DNA of 17,367 bases, taken from positions 1-17,367 of the forward strand of contig NW_021824863.1 of NCBI RefSeq assembly GCF_006345805.1, written 5' to 3'. Under the pieces are notes generated by a model. It was not told the origin of the DNA. It saw only the letters and a list, made by a program, of their open reading frames with translations, and did not search any database. The translations under genes were made by a program, and so were the position numbers. This DNA is from Octopus sinensis (lineage: Eukaryota). The stretch's first letter is position 1. Each line of letters opens with the position of its first letter. This document shows positions 1 through 8,997 of the stretch, piece by piece.

Positions 1-38
1 ACATTTGACGGATATTTGTCCTCATCTTGTTTGTTGTT

Positions 39-83
39 AAACAACATTTCGGCTGATATACACTCCAGCCTTCAACAGGTGTC
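39..83 (-). ncRNA. Degenerate hammerhead motif, family A (core CTGTTGA)
   Basis: Minus strand reads GACAC-CTGTTGA-A-GGCTG..CAGCC-GAAATGTT-GTTT. Confidence 0.55.
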
Positions 84-268
84 TTGGAGAAATTTCGAAC
101 CTGGGTTCTCATTTCTAAGGTATTTGCCGATATTATTATATTATTATTATTATATTATTATTATTATATTATTATTATATTATTATTATTCAAGTACTGC
201 CCTCTGGAATCGAACTCGGAATCTTGGGGTAGCAGCCTGTGCTCTGAACCACTTCGCCATATGCCGTG

Positions 269-340
269 GGCGTGTGGGCGTAGTGGTTAAGAGCGCGGGC
301 TACTAACCCGAATATTCCGAGTTCGATTCCAGAGGCAGTA
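269..340 (+). promoter_or_regulatory. tRNA-like head with Pol III A and B boxes (SINE head, not a functional tRNA); mirror copy at 194-265 on minus
   Basis: A box TGGGCGTAGTGG (275-286), arm CGGG-CTACTAA-CCCG, B box GAGTTCGATTCC (319-330). No proper acceptor stem. Confidence 0.8.
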
Positions 341-343
341 ACT

Positions 344-388
<45 letters not shown>

Positions 389-456
389 TAATAATAATAA
401 TAACAACATCGAAAAATACCTTAGGAATGAGAATCCAGGTTCGAAATTTCCCCAAT

Positions 457-501
457 ACACCTGATGAAGGCTGGAGGGTATATCAGCCGAAACATTGTGT
501 T
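457..501 (+). ncRNA. Minimal type I hammerhead ribozyme motif, family A
   Basis: ACAC-CTGATGA-A-GGCTG(loop)CAGCC-GAAA-CAT-T-GTGT. Stem I ACAC/GTGT, 5-bp stem II. The four-copy consensus has a palindromic ACGT helix III; this copy reads ACAT. Confidence 0.75.
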
Positions 502-677
502 AACAACAAACAAGATGAGGACAAATATCCGTCAAATGTAAATAATGTAAATAATGTAAGAAAGAAAAGGATAAAACAATTATGATACATGGTTAAGAAA
601 TTTGTTTCCTTAATATGTGATTTCGGTTTCGATCCCGTTGCATGACATACAAAAACTGATTAAAATGTATTGGAACT

Positions 678-790
678 GTTGCTATGGTAATGGTGCTAAA
701 GTATGCAGAGTGAAGCCGCTTGGCAAAGATTGACCTTGAACTCTGTCGCGCATGCACACTAAGTCACAACGTTCTCGATCGCTTCCGTTG
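678..790. promoter_or_regulatory. Candidate Pol II promoter/enhancer motif cluster
   Basis: RFX X-box-like GTTGCTATGGTAAT (678-691), nuclear-receptor site TGACCTTGAACT (731-742), NRF1-like GCGCATGCAC (748-757) and ETS-like CTTCCG (782-787), all within unique, relatively CpG-rich DNA. Confidence 0.4.
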
Positions 791-876
791 TTTGTGGCAG
801 TGCTTAGAAGTAAAGCGTGTAAAGTGTGGTCGTCTCAACTCACCACAACGCTTCACTCAGTTACCACGCAGAGGAA

Positions 877-1122
877 TGCGTGTGTGTGTGCGCACGCCTG
901 TGTGTGCGTGTGTGTGTGTATGTGTATGTGTGCGTGTGTGTGTGTGTATATGTGTAGTGTTGTGTGTGTGTGAGGTGTATGTATGTGTGTGATGTGTGTG
1001 TATGTGTGTGTGTATGTGTGTGTGTGTTTTGGTGTGGGGCTATCGAGCGTGTATGTATGCGTGAGTGTATGTGTATGTATGAGGTGTTGTGTGTATATGT
1101 GTATTATGTTGGTAGTGTGATG

Positions 1123-1156
<34 letters not shown>

Positions 1157-1165
1157 AGTGCATGC
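877..1165. repeat. (GT)n/(GTAT)n compound microsatellite
   Basis: Direct inspection. Confidence 0.95.
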
Positions 1166-1233
1166 GTAGAAATAGACACGACTGGAAGGGTGTAACATCC
1201 AAGAATCTTTCCATAGAATCAAATTCTTCTTGG

Positions 1234-1449
1234 AAAAAAACAAGATTTCAAGACGTCGCAGAAATCCAAGAAAATGCAGCGAAGAAACTGGTCGCTATCC
1301 CTAAAAGAGGAGTTTCCAGGAATGCCTGCATCAGTGCAAACGATGCCGGATAAAGTGCATAACTTCAGAAGACGACTACTTCGAATGAGATTAAATGCTG
1401 AATCGCTTTTTACTACCCACAATCTCGTTACTATTGATCAGACCATGTA
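1234..1449 (+). mobile_element. Tc1/mariner remnant: transposase C-terminus pseudogene plus right TIR
   Basis: Translates across frameshifts as KTRFQDVAEIQENAAKKLVAIPK/EEFQECLHQCKRCRIKCITSEDDYFE, the mariner-type RF...W.KCI...G.YFE end. It is followed by TIR-like CTCGTTACTATTGATCAGACCATG and TA (1448-1449). Confidence 0.8.
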
Positions 1450-1473
1450 CTGAGTATGTGTATTCTGTTATAG

Positions 1474-1605
1474 CATTGGTTCTCAAAGTGGGCGCTACTG
1501 TCACCCCGATGGACGTTGAGACGGTCCAGGAGAGCGCTGGTGCCTAAGGGGGCGGTAGAGAAAAAAGAGGCGTTGGGAGGAAGGCAGTGAATTGGGGGAC
1601 GATAT
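1474..1605 (+). mobile_element. Possible left end of a hAT (Charlie-type) non-autonomous element
   Basis: Starts CATTGGTTCTCAAAGTGGGCG, resembling CAGTGGTTCTCAA termini. No clear right TIR found. Confidence 0.4.
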
Positions 1606-1621
1606 GAATTTATTATAATCT

Positions 1622-1836
1622 ATTTTACTCTAGGCATAAAGCACGAAATTTTTCGGGGATGGGGGCCAGTCGATTCGGCCGACCCCAGTACGCAACTAGT
1701 ACTTAATCTATCGAATCCGAAAGGATAAAAAGGCAAAGTCAACCTCGGCGGAATTTGAACTCAGAACATAAAGGTAGACGAAATGCCACTAAGCATTTTG
1801 TCCGGCGTGCTAACGATTCTGCCAGCTTGCCACCTT
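1622..1836 (-). mobile_element. tRNA-derived SINE, near full length
   Basis: Minus strand: AAGGTGGCAAGCTGGCAGAATCGTTAG (A box), GAGTTCAAATTCC (B box), then a ATCCTTTCGGATTCGATAGATTAAGTACTAG..TACTGGGGTCG body. Confidence 0.85.
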
Positions 1837-2507
1837 ATATTTATTGTAAATGTCGTTTGTCAAGCGATGTTGTGTGTGTGCGTGCGTGGGGGGGGGGGAA
1901 CAACAGAAAAAAAAGAGGGTATTGAATAATGTGGTTTTGCGTATATGATGCATGGTAAAAAGGCGGGATGATCACGGGTGGAACAGTGACATAGCTAGTG
2001 TGTGTGCTGCACGGAGCAGCAGTTGAGTGTGCCGCAGCCTCCGTTCCTGTACAAGGTTTTCCGAAAGATCCTCAAGTGACGCTCGGAACCCCCCACTGCA
2101 TATCGTTTTCCCTGCCCTAGCTACATTACTGGTGTGCAATGACTTCGATCACAACTCTGCTGGATCAGAGCTAATCATGGACTAAACAACAATAACAACA
2201 ACAGCAACAACTTCCTATTTTATTTTCGGATCGTGCAGCTAACAGACCTAACCACGAAGACAAACTCCTTCACACACACACACACCGTAACCCGAATCGA
2301 TAAAAAATATTGGCCATTTCTGTTAAAACGTTCATTCTTGGGTGGAAGCAGAAGAAACAGAGAATTATTTGCGTTGGTTTAAATGAGAATCGGAATATAT
2401 TTGGCGAGCAAAACGTGTGTTTGGAATGCATTAAGTTCAGAAATGCAGAACAGCCATACCATTGGCAATCTAACAATGGCCACTTTGTTGATTAAAAAAT
2501 TATATAC

Positions 2508-2677
2508 ATTGTGTGTGTATGTGTGTGATTGGGTGTGTGCGCGCGCGCGTATATATATCTGTATATTTTATATAATGTATGTGTGTATATATATTTGTAT
2601 ATATATATGTATATATATATATGTGTATATATATATATATACGTATATATATATATATATATAGACTGTATATGTAT

Positions 2678-2713
<36 letters not shown>

Positions 2714-2793
2714 ATAATATATATATATATACATATATTATATTTCTATTCATATATATATAGATTTATATATACAGTGTATATTGGTATACC

Positions 2794-2849
<56 letters not shown>

Positions 2850-3124
2850 TATGAATGTGTATTATACATAATATTTATCATGTGTATTACGTATCGGTTA
2901 TACATATATGTGTATATGTATATATGTGTGTATATATTTGCACACACACATGCACAAATATATAGACGTATGCATGTATATATGTATGTATGTGCGTATC
3001 TAAGTATATATATATTATGTATGCGTATATGCATGTGTATACGTGTAATTGTGAATGTATGTTTGTGTGTGTTGACCATTTATGTGTGTATTTATGTGTA
3101 TTAACTTAAATACCCCATATGTAA

Positions 3125-3178
<54 letters not shown>

Positions 3179-3348
3179 TATATATATATAAATGTGTATG
3201 TATGTGCATATGTATGTTATAAGTCTGTATAGATGTACATACATGCATATATAAATACATATATAAATATACATATCTATACACACAAACACGCGCACAC
3301 ACAGCATACATACACATACACATACAAACACACACAGTGCACATACAC
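2508..3348. repeat. (TA)n/(TG)n/(CA)n compound microsatellite field
   Basis: Direct inspection. Confidence 0.95.
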
Positions 3349-3601
3349 AGAGCGAGAGCGAAAGGTGGAAAGAAGAGGAGAGAGAGAAATGGTTGATAAC
3401 GGATGATACATATTCAATTGATTTGGCCAATTAAAACGGACTGGCATTTTGGCAAGGGGGAACATTTAACAAAGCTATATTGTTTCCTATATTTATTGAT
3501 CTCCAATTTATTCTGGAGATTGGACTTGTAAGGGGTGAAGGGTGGAGGATTTGAGGGTGAGGGAGTGGCAGGTGCGGAGCGAAAAATCTACACGTATCGA
3601 C

Positions 3602-3833
3602 TTATATGTAATGGTTATATTGAAACAAATAACGAACTGTATTATCACGAGGATTGATGTACCGATCGGCTAAAACTGCCAATATCGGTTGCGGTGTTGG
3701 GTCGGAGCTTTGTGGCTGGTTCGATGTAATTGGTTGTTCGTTTTGGTCTCCCGCAACCCGTCCGCTACCCGCAATGTTTTGGCATTGCACCAGCGACACA
3801 AAAATCATCGATAGATCTTTGAAGTTTTTCATC
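3602..3833 (-). CDS. Weak candidate host exon, unknown product
   Basis: Unique non-repetitive sequence. Possible acceptor ...ctcaagcag|GATGAAAAA at 3833. Phase 0 reads DEKLQRSIDDFCVAGAMPKHCG*; another frame is open for 76 aa. No family recognised. Confidence 0.25.
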
Positions 3834-4330
3834 CTGCTTGAGGTCGATGGAATAAAGTACCGGTCGATGACTCGGAGTTGATAAAATAATGTACCAGTTG
3901 AGTTTTAAGGGCGATATAGTAAAGTACCATTCAAGAATTTGGATCGATAAAATAAAGTATGAATCAAGTATTAGGGATTTATAAAACAGAGTACCGATCA
4001 AGTACTGGAATTTACAGAATAATGTACAAGTTAAGTGGAGTCATAAAATAGAGTACCATTCGAATATTGGTACTTATAAATGAAATACGAGTACCAATTA
4101 AGTACCAATTAAGTACTAAGGTTTATAAAACAAAGATCAATTCAACTATTGATTTTGATTTTGATTTTTCCAGTTTCAGCTCATGAGCTGTGGCCATGCT
4201 GGGGCACCGCCATATTGGGAATTTATAAAATAGAGTACCAGTCAAGTACTGGGGATCGATTAAATAAAGTACAAGTCGAGTACGAGTTGGCGATATAAAA
4301 AGGATAACCCAGTCATGTACTGGGGTCCAC
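3826..4330 (+). repeat. Degenerate ~33-bp minisatellite derived from the SINE body, interrupted by a short SINE-tail fragment (~4150-4211)
   Basis: About a dozen or more units of ATAAAATARAGTACCARTYAAGTACTGGGG..CG. The same motif occurs once in the SINE at 1622-1836. Confidence 0.8.
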
Positions 4331-4621
4331 TAAATACACACCTCTCCACTTAAAAATGTAGATCCGAGTTTTTATTACAAATTATGATTAGTTTTCCTCA
4401 GGCGATGGTTCGTTAGACTGTCGGAAAATATGGTTATCAGTGTTTGGCTTGACCCCGTCGAGTTTTTACTAAACATTATTCCTTGCCAAAATAAAATGGC
4501 AGTAGAATTCAACTGAGCAGATCACTGGAATATATATATAATCCATTATGGACATTTCTCTCCCCACCCACTACCTGTGTGTGCGTATGTGTGAGTGTGT
4601 GTGTAAATATGTGTATATATA

Positions 4622-4775
4622 TAGTTAATCCAAACATGAAAACTCAAAGAGAAAACACAACGCGAGGACGTGGAACAAGTATAGTATTATTGGACGCTCA
4701 GGAAAGAAGGAAAGAAGGAAAGAAGGAAAGAAGGAAAGAAGGAGGGTTTAACGTTTCGAGCGGAGCTCTTCGTCA
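4622..4775 (-). mobile_element. Fragment of hammerhead-bearing repeat family C (5'-truncated HHR at 4748-4775)
   Basis: Minus strand TGACGA-A-GAGC-TCC-GCTC-GAAACGTT. Shares GTATTATT..GACGCTCAGGAAA with 15381-15406. Confidence 0.6.
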
Positions 4776-4815
4776 TATATATATATATATATATATATAT
4801 TTATTATATAGAAGG

Positions 4816-4866
4816 AGCTTCTACAGGACTAGAACTGTTTCATTCAAAAGAAATCATCAGGAAGCT
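4816..4866 (-). ncRNA. Type I hammerhead ribozyme, family B, mirror copy
   Basis: Minus strand AGCTTC-CTGATGA-TTTCTTTTGAAT-GAA-ACAG-TTCTAGTC-CTGT-A-GAAGCT. Confidence 0.8.
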
Positions 4867-5092
4867 AGTGACAAGAGTTGTTTTGGCATTTATACATTTA
4901 GGCAGGTTTAAAGAGGTGGTGGTGGGGGACTTTTTTGGGGGGTAGGCATGGTGCAAAACTATCATTATTAGGGGAGTGGTCACTCCCCTAATAATGATAG
5001 TTTTGCACCATGCCTACCCCCAAAAAGTCCCCCCCCCACCACCCCTTTAAACCTGCCTAAATGTATAAATGCCAAAACAACTCTTGTCAACT

Positions 5093-5143
5093 AGCTTCCT
5101 GATGATTTCTCTTGAATGAAACAGTTCTAGTCCTGTAGAAGCT
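5093..5143 (+). ncRNA. Type I hammerhead ribozyme, family B, intact core
   Basis: AGCTTC-CTGATGA-T-TTC-TCTT-GAA-T-GAA-ACAG-TTCTAGTC-CTGT-A^-GAAGCT. Stem I 6 bp, stem III 4 bp, short stem II. Predicted cleavage after A5137 (GUA). Confidence 0.8.
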
Positions 5144-5224
5144 CCTTCTATATAATAAATTAATTTACTCTGCTATGTATTGAGTACCTTATTTACTGTG
5201 GTTAACCCCGACTCAACCGGGACC

Positions 5225-5297
<73 letters not shown>

Positions 5298-5609
5298 CAT
5301 GTATATATACATGTAGATGTAGGTACGTACATATATGTTTGTATGTATGCATATATTTTTAATTATCACATTATTGTCTGACAGCGCCCCGCGTCAGGTT
5401 CGTTTCGATTTGTCGGTTCATTCCACTTCTTGTCTCCATTCAATTTTTATATACATATATATATATCCGACATGCGCAATCGAATCAGTATTTATTTAAA
5501 ATAGCCAACTAAGTATCACATTTAATATATACACACTGTCGTATGCCGGATTTTAATTCAGCCAGGCGGCTATACGCAACATCAGAGGATGTTTTCTTCA
5601 ATGTTTTCC

Positions 5610-5705
5610 TACATCAGAAACTTTGCAGTTAAGCGGTTTCGGGATCAGTACCCCTACACGGCACCTATCACATCCCCCGGGCCAACCAATGCTTTGTAGA
5701 CGGAA

Positions 5706-5793
<88 letters not shown>

Positions 5794-5795
5794 AT

Positions 5796-5830
<35 letters not shown>

Positions 5831-6150
5831 TTGTCTGTCTGTCTGCCTGTCTGTCTGTCTGTCTGTTTGCGTGCCTGTTTGTCTAACTGTATCTCCGTCC
5901 GCCCTTCTGTCTGTCTACGTGTGAGTGAGTGTGTTTCTGTGTTTGTCTCCTCCAGCGCATGACAACCGGCGCTGGTTTGTTTACGTCTCCATAACATAGC
6001 AGTTCGGCAAAAGACACCGATTGAATAAGTATCAAACCTAAAAAGACAACAAAAAAAGCATTGGGGGCGATTTGTTCCACTGAAACCCTTCAATGTGGTA
6101 CTCCGGCATGACCGCAGTCCAATGACTGAAACAAATAAGAGATGAAAAAT
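5610..6150 (+). mobile_element. Diverged tRNA/CORE-type SINE with internal (TATC)n(TGTC)n expansion
   Basis: Degenerate head ~5610-5707. Body 5930-6150 is homologous to the reverse complement of 9301-9510. Confidence 0.75.
5708..5885. repeat. (TATC)n followed by (TGTC)n microsatellite
   Basis: Direct inspection. Confidence 0.95.
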
Positions 6151-6170
6151 GAAAGAAATAAGGGAGATAA

Positions 6171-6212
6171 CCTCAGACGCGTTTCAGTCATATAGCGATA
6201 TCATCAGCAAAG
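6171..6212 (-). ncRNA. Degenerate minimal hammerhead motif, family D
   Basis: Minus strand CTTTG-CTGATGA-TATCGCTATATGACT-GAAACGCGTC-TGAGG. Intact core and palindromic ACGCGT helix III; stem I is wobble-rich and stem II eroded. Confidence 0.55.
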
Positions 6213-6397
6213 CATCGTGTTTACTAAAGAAATGCTAAGAGAATCGTTGAGAAAATGTATTAGATTCTATACTGGTTGTTGTCGTAGGAAAATAGAGCTG
6301 TTTGGTTTGTCTAGTCGACACCGGATTTCTTAGAGAATCGAATGAACATTTAAATAAAGAACCCTAAAAAGTTTGAGTTTGTGTATTTTGGACCTAC

Positions 6398-6534
6398 CCG
6401 AGCTTGTTCATTGTACTGAACATCCAACAAGGATGCATTCTGGGAAGAAAACTTCAACACAGGTCTTCGTTTCCTTCGGATTTTGTGAAGACTTAAGAAT
6501 TTCAAACCTATCCGGCCTTGGCAGCGGGAAGCAC
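6398..6534 (-). CDS. Candidate internal exon (137 nt) of an unidentified minus-strand host gene
   Basis: Acceptor tttctatttcatacttcag|GTGC and donor GCTCGG|gtaggt. One frame is open throughout: ASRCQGRIGLKFLSLHKIRRKRRPVLKFSSQNASLLDVQYNEQAR (phase 1 in, phase 0 out). Confidence 0.5.
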
Positions 6535-6674
6535 CTGAAGTATGAAATAGAAATAAACAAACATTTAAGAATTTGGATCAAAGCAGTTCCCGGAACAAAA
6601 ACTTATTTTCGTTAAAATATTATGAAGATATCTACTTCACATTTTCTTTGATTCTCTTTTACAAACAAACAAAC

Positions 6675-7660
6675 GGTGGAATGTACCAGTGAAGACCTCA
6701 ATAAAATGTAAGCACAACAGACCTGATATAATGATCTGGGATATAGTAGAGAAACGGTACACAATTATGGCAATTAGTTGCTCAGCGGATGTTAATATAA
6801 AGCTGAAGATCAGTGAAAAAGAGAATACCTACTCTGAACTATTGAGAAATCTGCAGTTACTCTATTCAGATTACAGGTTCAGGTTTATATCTGTAATTAT
6901 TGGGCCCTGGAATATGTAACACACTGCCTAAATACGAATCTTGAGAAATTAGGCTTCTCAAAACCAGAAAGGAGAAAGCTAATTCGAAGACTACAGATCC
7001 AGTCCATCACTGGAACTGTAAAAATCTGTAAAACTTTCCAGATGTTTACCATTTCAATATATATGAGCATGTCTAGATACGTAACTTTATGCATGAGAAT
7101 ACATACATACATACATACATACATACATACATACATACATACATACATACATACATACATACGTACGTACATACATACATACATACATACATACATACAT
7201 GCATGCACACATACATACATACATACATACATACATACCTACATACATACATACATACATACATACATGCATGCACACATACATACATACATACATACAT
7301 GCATGCACACATACATACATACATACATACATACATACATACGTACATACATACATACATACGTACATACATACATACATACATACACACATACATACAT
7401 GCATGCACACATACATACATACATACATACATACATACATACACACATACATACATGCATGCACACATACATACAACATACATACATACATACATACATA
7501 CATACATACATACATACATACATACATACATACGTACGTACGTACATACATAAAAAATACCCTGTTGTTGATGTTGAAATTCCAGTGAAGGAGCCTTGAA
7601 TCTAGGTTAGAAACCAGCTCTTTCTCTATTGGGAAGAAATCTTGAAATAAAACTGAACAA
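6675..7660 (+). mobile_element. 5'-truncated RLE-type non-LTR retrotransposon (R4/Dong-like), endonuclease-domain pseudogene plus 3' UTR
   Basis: WNVPVKTSIKCKHNRPDIMIWD..AISCSADVNIKLKISEKENTYSEL..SVIIG/ALEYV..LEKLGF matches the PD-(D/E)xK RLE pattern, with a frameshift near 6905. 3' UTR carries (TACA)n. Confidence 0.85.
7099..7551. repeat. (TACA)n microsatellite inside the LINE 3' UTR
   Basis: Direct inspection. Confidence 0.95.
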
Positions 7661-7671
7661 TGACATACGTC

Positions 7672-7915
7672 AAGGCACGTGGCTTAGTTGTTAGGGAACA
7701 GAGTTCACGATCGTATGATCGTGAGTTCGCTTCCCAGTGGCGCATTGTGATTTTGAACAAGACACTTTATTTCACATTGTTCTGGGACACTCGGCTAGCA
7801 AGAATGGGACGCTTGTCTGTGGAGTACTCAGCCACTTGCTCATTAATTTCACCAGCAGGCTGTTCGGTTAATAGGATTAACTGTGCCACTCGTCGTCGCA
7901 ACATACGGAGTGCCA
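7672..7915 (+). mobile_element. Diverged tRNA-derived SINE
   Basis: A box GTGGCTTAGTTGTTAG, B-box-like GAGTTCGCTTCCC, then a CORE-like TTGAACAAGACACTT segment. Confidence 0.7.
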
Positions 7916-8131
7916 GTACATATATACGTTCGTACGTGCTTAGCTACATACGTATGTACATACATACATACAAAACGATCAAGTTATCTTTCACAATAAA
8001 AATTCTTAAGATTTAAAAGACGATAAACGAAGCAAGGTACTTTCCTTCACGATCTTGCTACCAAGTAGGTGGACGGTCAAAATTAACTACGAATTAAAAG
8101 CGGACGAAAAAAAAATACCTACATACAAATC

Positions 8132-8295
8132 ACGGAGTGGTTGGCGTTAGGAAGGGCATCCAGCCGTAGAAACACTGCCAGATCAGACTGGGCCTGATGC
8201 AGCCTTCTGGCTTCACAGACCCCAGTTGAACCGTCCAACCCATGCTAGCATGGAAAGCGGACGCTAAATGATGATGATGATGATGATGATGATGA
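8132..8295 (+). mobile_element. SINE/RTE-related 3' fragment with (ATG)n tail
   Basis: GGCGTTAGGAAGGGCATCCAGCCGTAGAAA body; ends CCATGCTAGCATGGAAAGCGGACGCTAA(ATG)n. Confidence 0.75.
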
Positions 8296-8782
8296 TATAT
8301 CGATAGGTGAATGAATTATCCTATGTTTACCGTCAGCATGGAAAATTCTATGAACCGATACCAGGGTAGCAAATTCACGTCAGAAACACGGTGAAACAAC
8401 TCTGAACTCTTCCATATTCTCTTCTCTAAGGTTCCCCTTGTAAACACTCATAGAGAAATCATACAAATGTAAACACTAGCAGAAACATACGTTTTACTCA
8501 TATAAATGATAACGATAGTCACTGTGGTTTGAACAATTAGCTTAACGTCCACCCCACTTCAATAGCGAAATAATTTCCTAAGCCTTCGAACATTCTTTTA
8601 ATCAACGTACTCTTCCCTCTCCACTTGTTCCCTACCTATTATTCCTTTATCCCTTCTCTTCCTACTATCTATCTTTGACGTCAATTCTTCTAACGGTTTT
8701 TTTTTAAAACACTTATTATTGTTTTGTTTACCATGTAGGCAGTCATCGCAATTTTTGTCTGTCTTGTTGTTGAGAGAGGCTC

Positions 8783-8854
8783 CCTTTCATTCCTGATGAG
8801 AAGATTCCTTTGGAATGAAACCGTGTTGTCTTCGAAACATGTCGAGAGTAAAGG
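8783..8854 (+). ncRNA. Type I hammerhead ribozyme motif, family E, intact core
   Basis: CTGATGA (8793-8799), stem II GAAGA/TCTTC (8800-8804/8829-8833), GAAAC-AT-GTC^ (palindromic ACATGT; cleavage after 8843), interrupted stem I CCTTT-CA-TTC / GAG-AGT-AAAGG. Confidence 0.7.
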
Positions 8855-8900
8855 AATTTTGTTAACATCTTCGTTCAACTCCATTCATTTATTTATTCAT

Positions 8901-8932
<32 letters not shown>

Positions 8933-8997
8933 TGCTTCTCTCTCTTTATGAGCTCCTTAAAGGCTCGTTGCAATCTAATTCATCGGCGAAGCAGTAG

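Larger units (their letters stand above)
1..558. mobile_element. Head-to-head fold-back of two copies of a tRNA-headed, hammerhead-containing retroelement (family A); left arm runs off the window
   Basis: 1-131 is the reverse complement of about 407-539. 190-265 is the reverse complement of 269-346. (TAT)n and (AAT)n tracts lie between, and the axis is near 267. Each arm is tRNA-like head + (AAT)n + about 150-bp module with an HHR core. Confidence 0.85.
4799..5226. mobile_element. Near-perfect fold-back element (family B; ~180-bp arms, 2-nt spacer) with one-sided tail 5161-5226, inserted in (TA)n
   Basis: 4799-4978 is the reverse complement of 4981-5160, with axis GGGGAGTG-GT-CACTCCCC. Each arm has an HHR. 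(TA)n lies on both flanks. Confidence 0.9.

Noticed and set aside
269-340. Functional tRNA-Ser gene
   Set aside because: No acceptor stem or long variable arm, the anticodon differs between the arms (ACT vs GCT), and it is embedded in a repeat.
3826-4330. CRISPR-like look of the spaced AGTAC repeats
   Set aside because: Units are contiguous and degenerate, with no unique spacers and no cas genes; the context is eukaryotic and the unit derives from a SINE.
7575-7625. Hammerhead-like layout in the LINE 3' UTR (hairpin followed by GAAACC)
   Set aside because: None of the three copies has CUGANGA (they read CCAGTGA, CCAATGA, AAATTGA), and no clean UH site with stem I is present.
8331-8437. Possible minus-strand exon (GTLEKRIWKSSELFHRV...)
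   Set aside because: Splice sites are mediocre and the open frame is phase-incompatible with the 6534 acceptor; support is insufficient.
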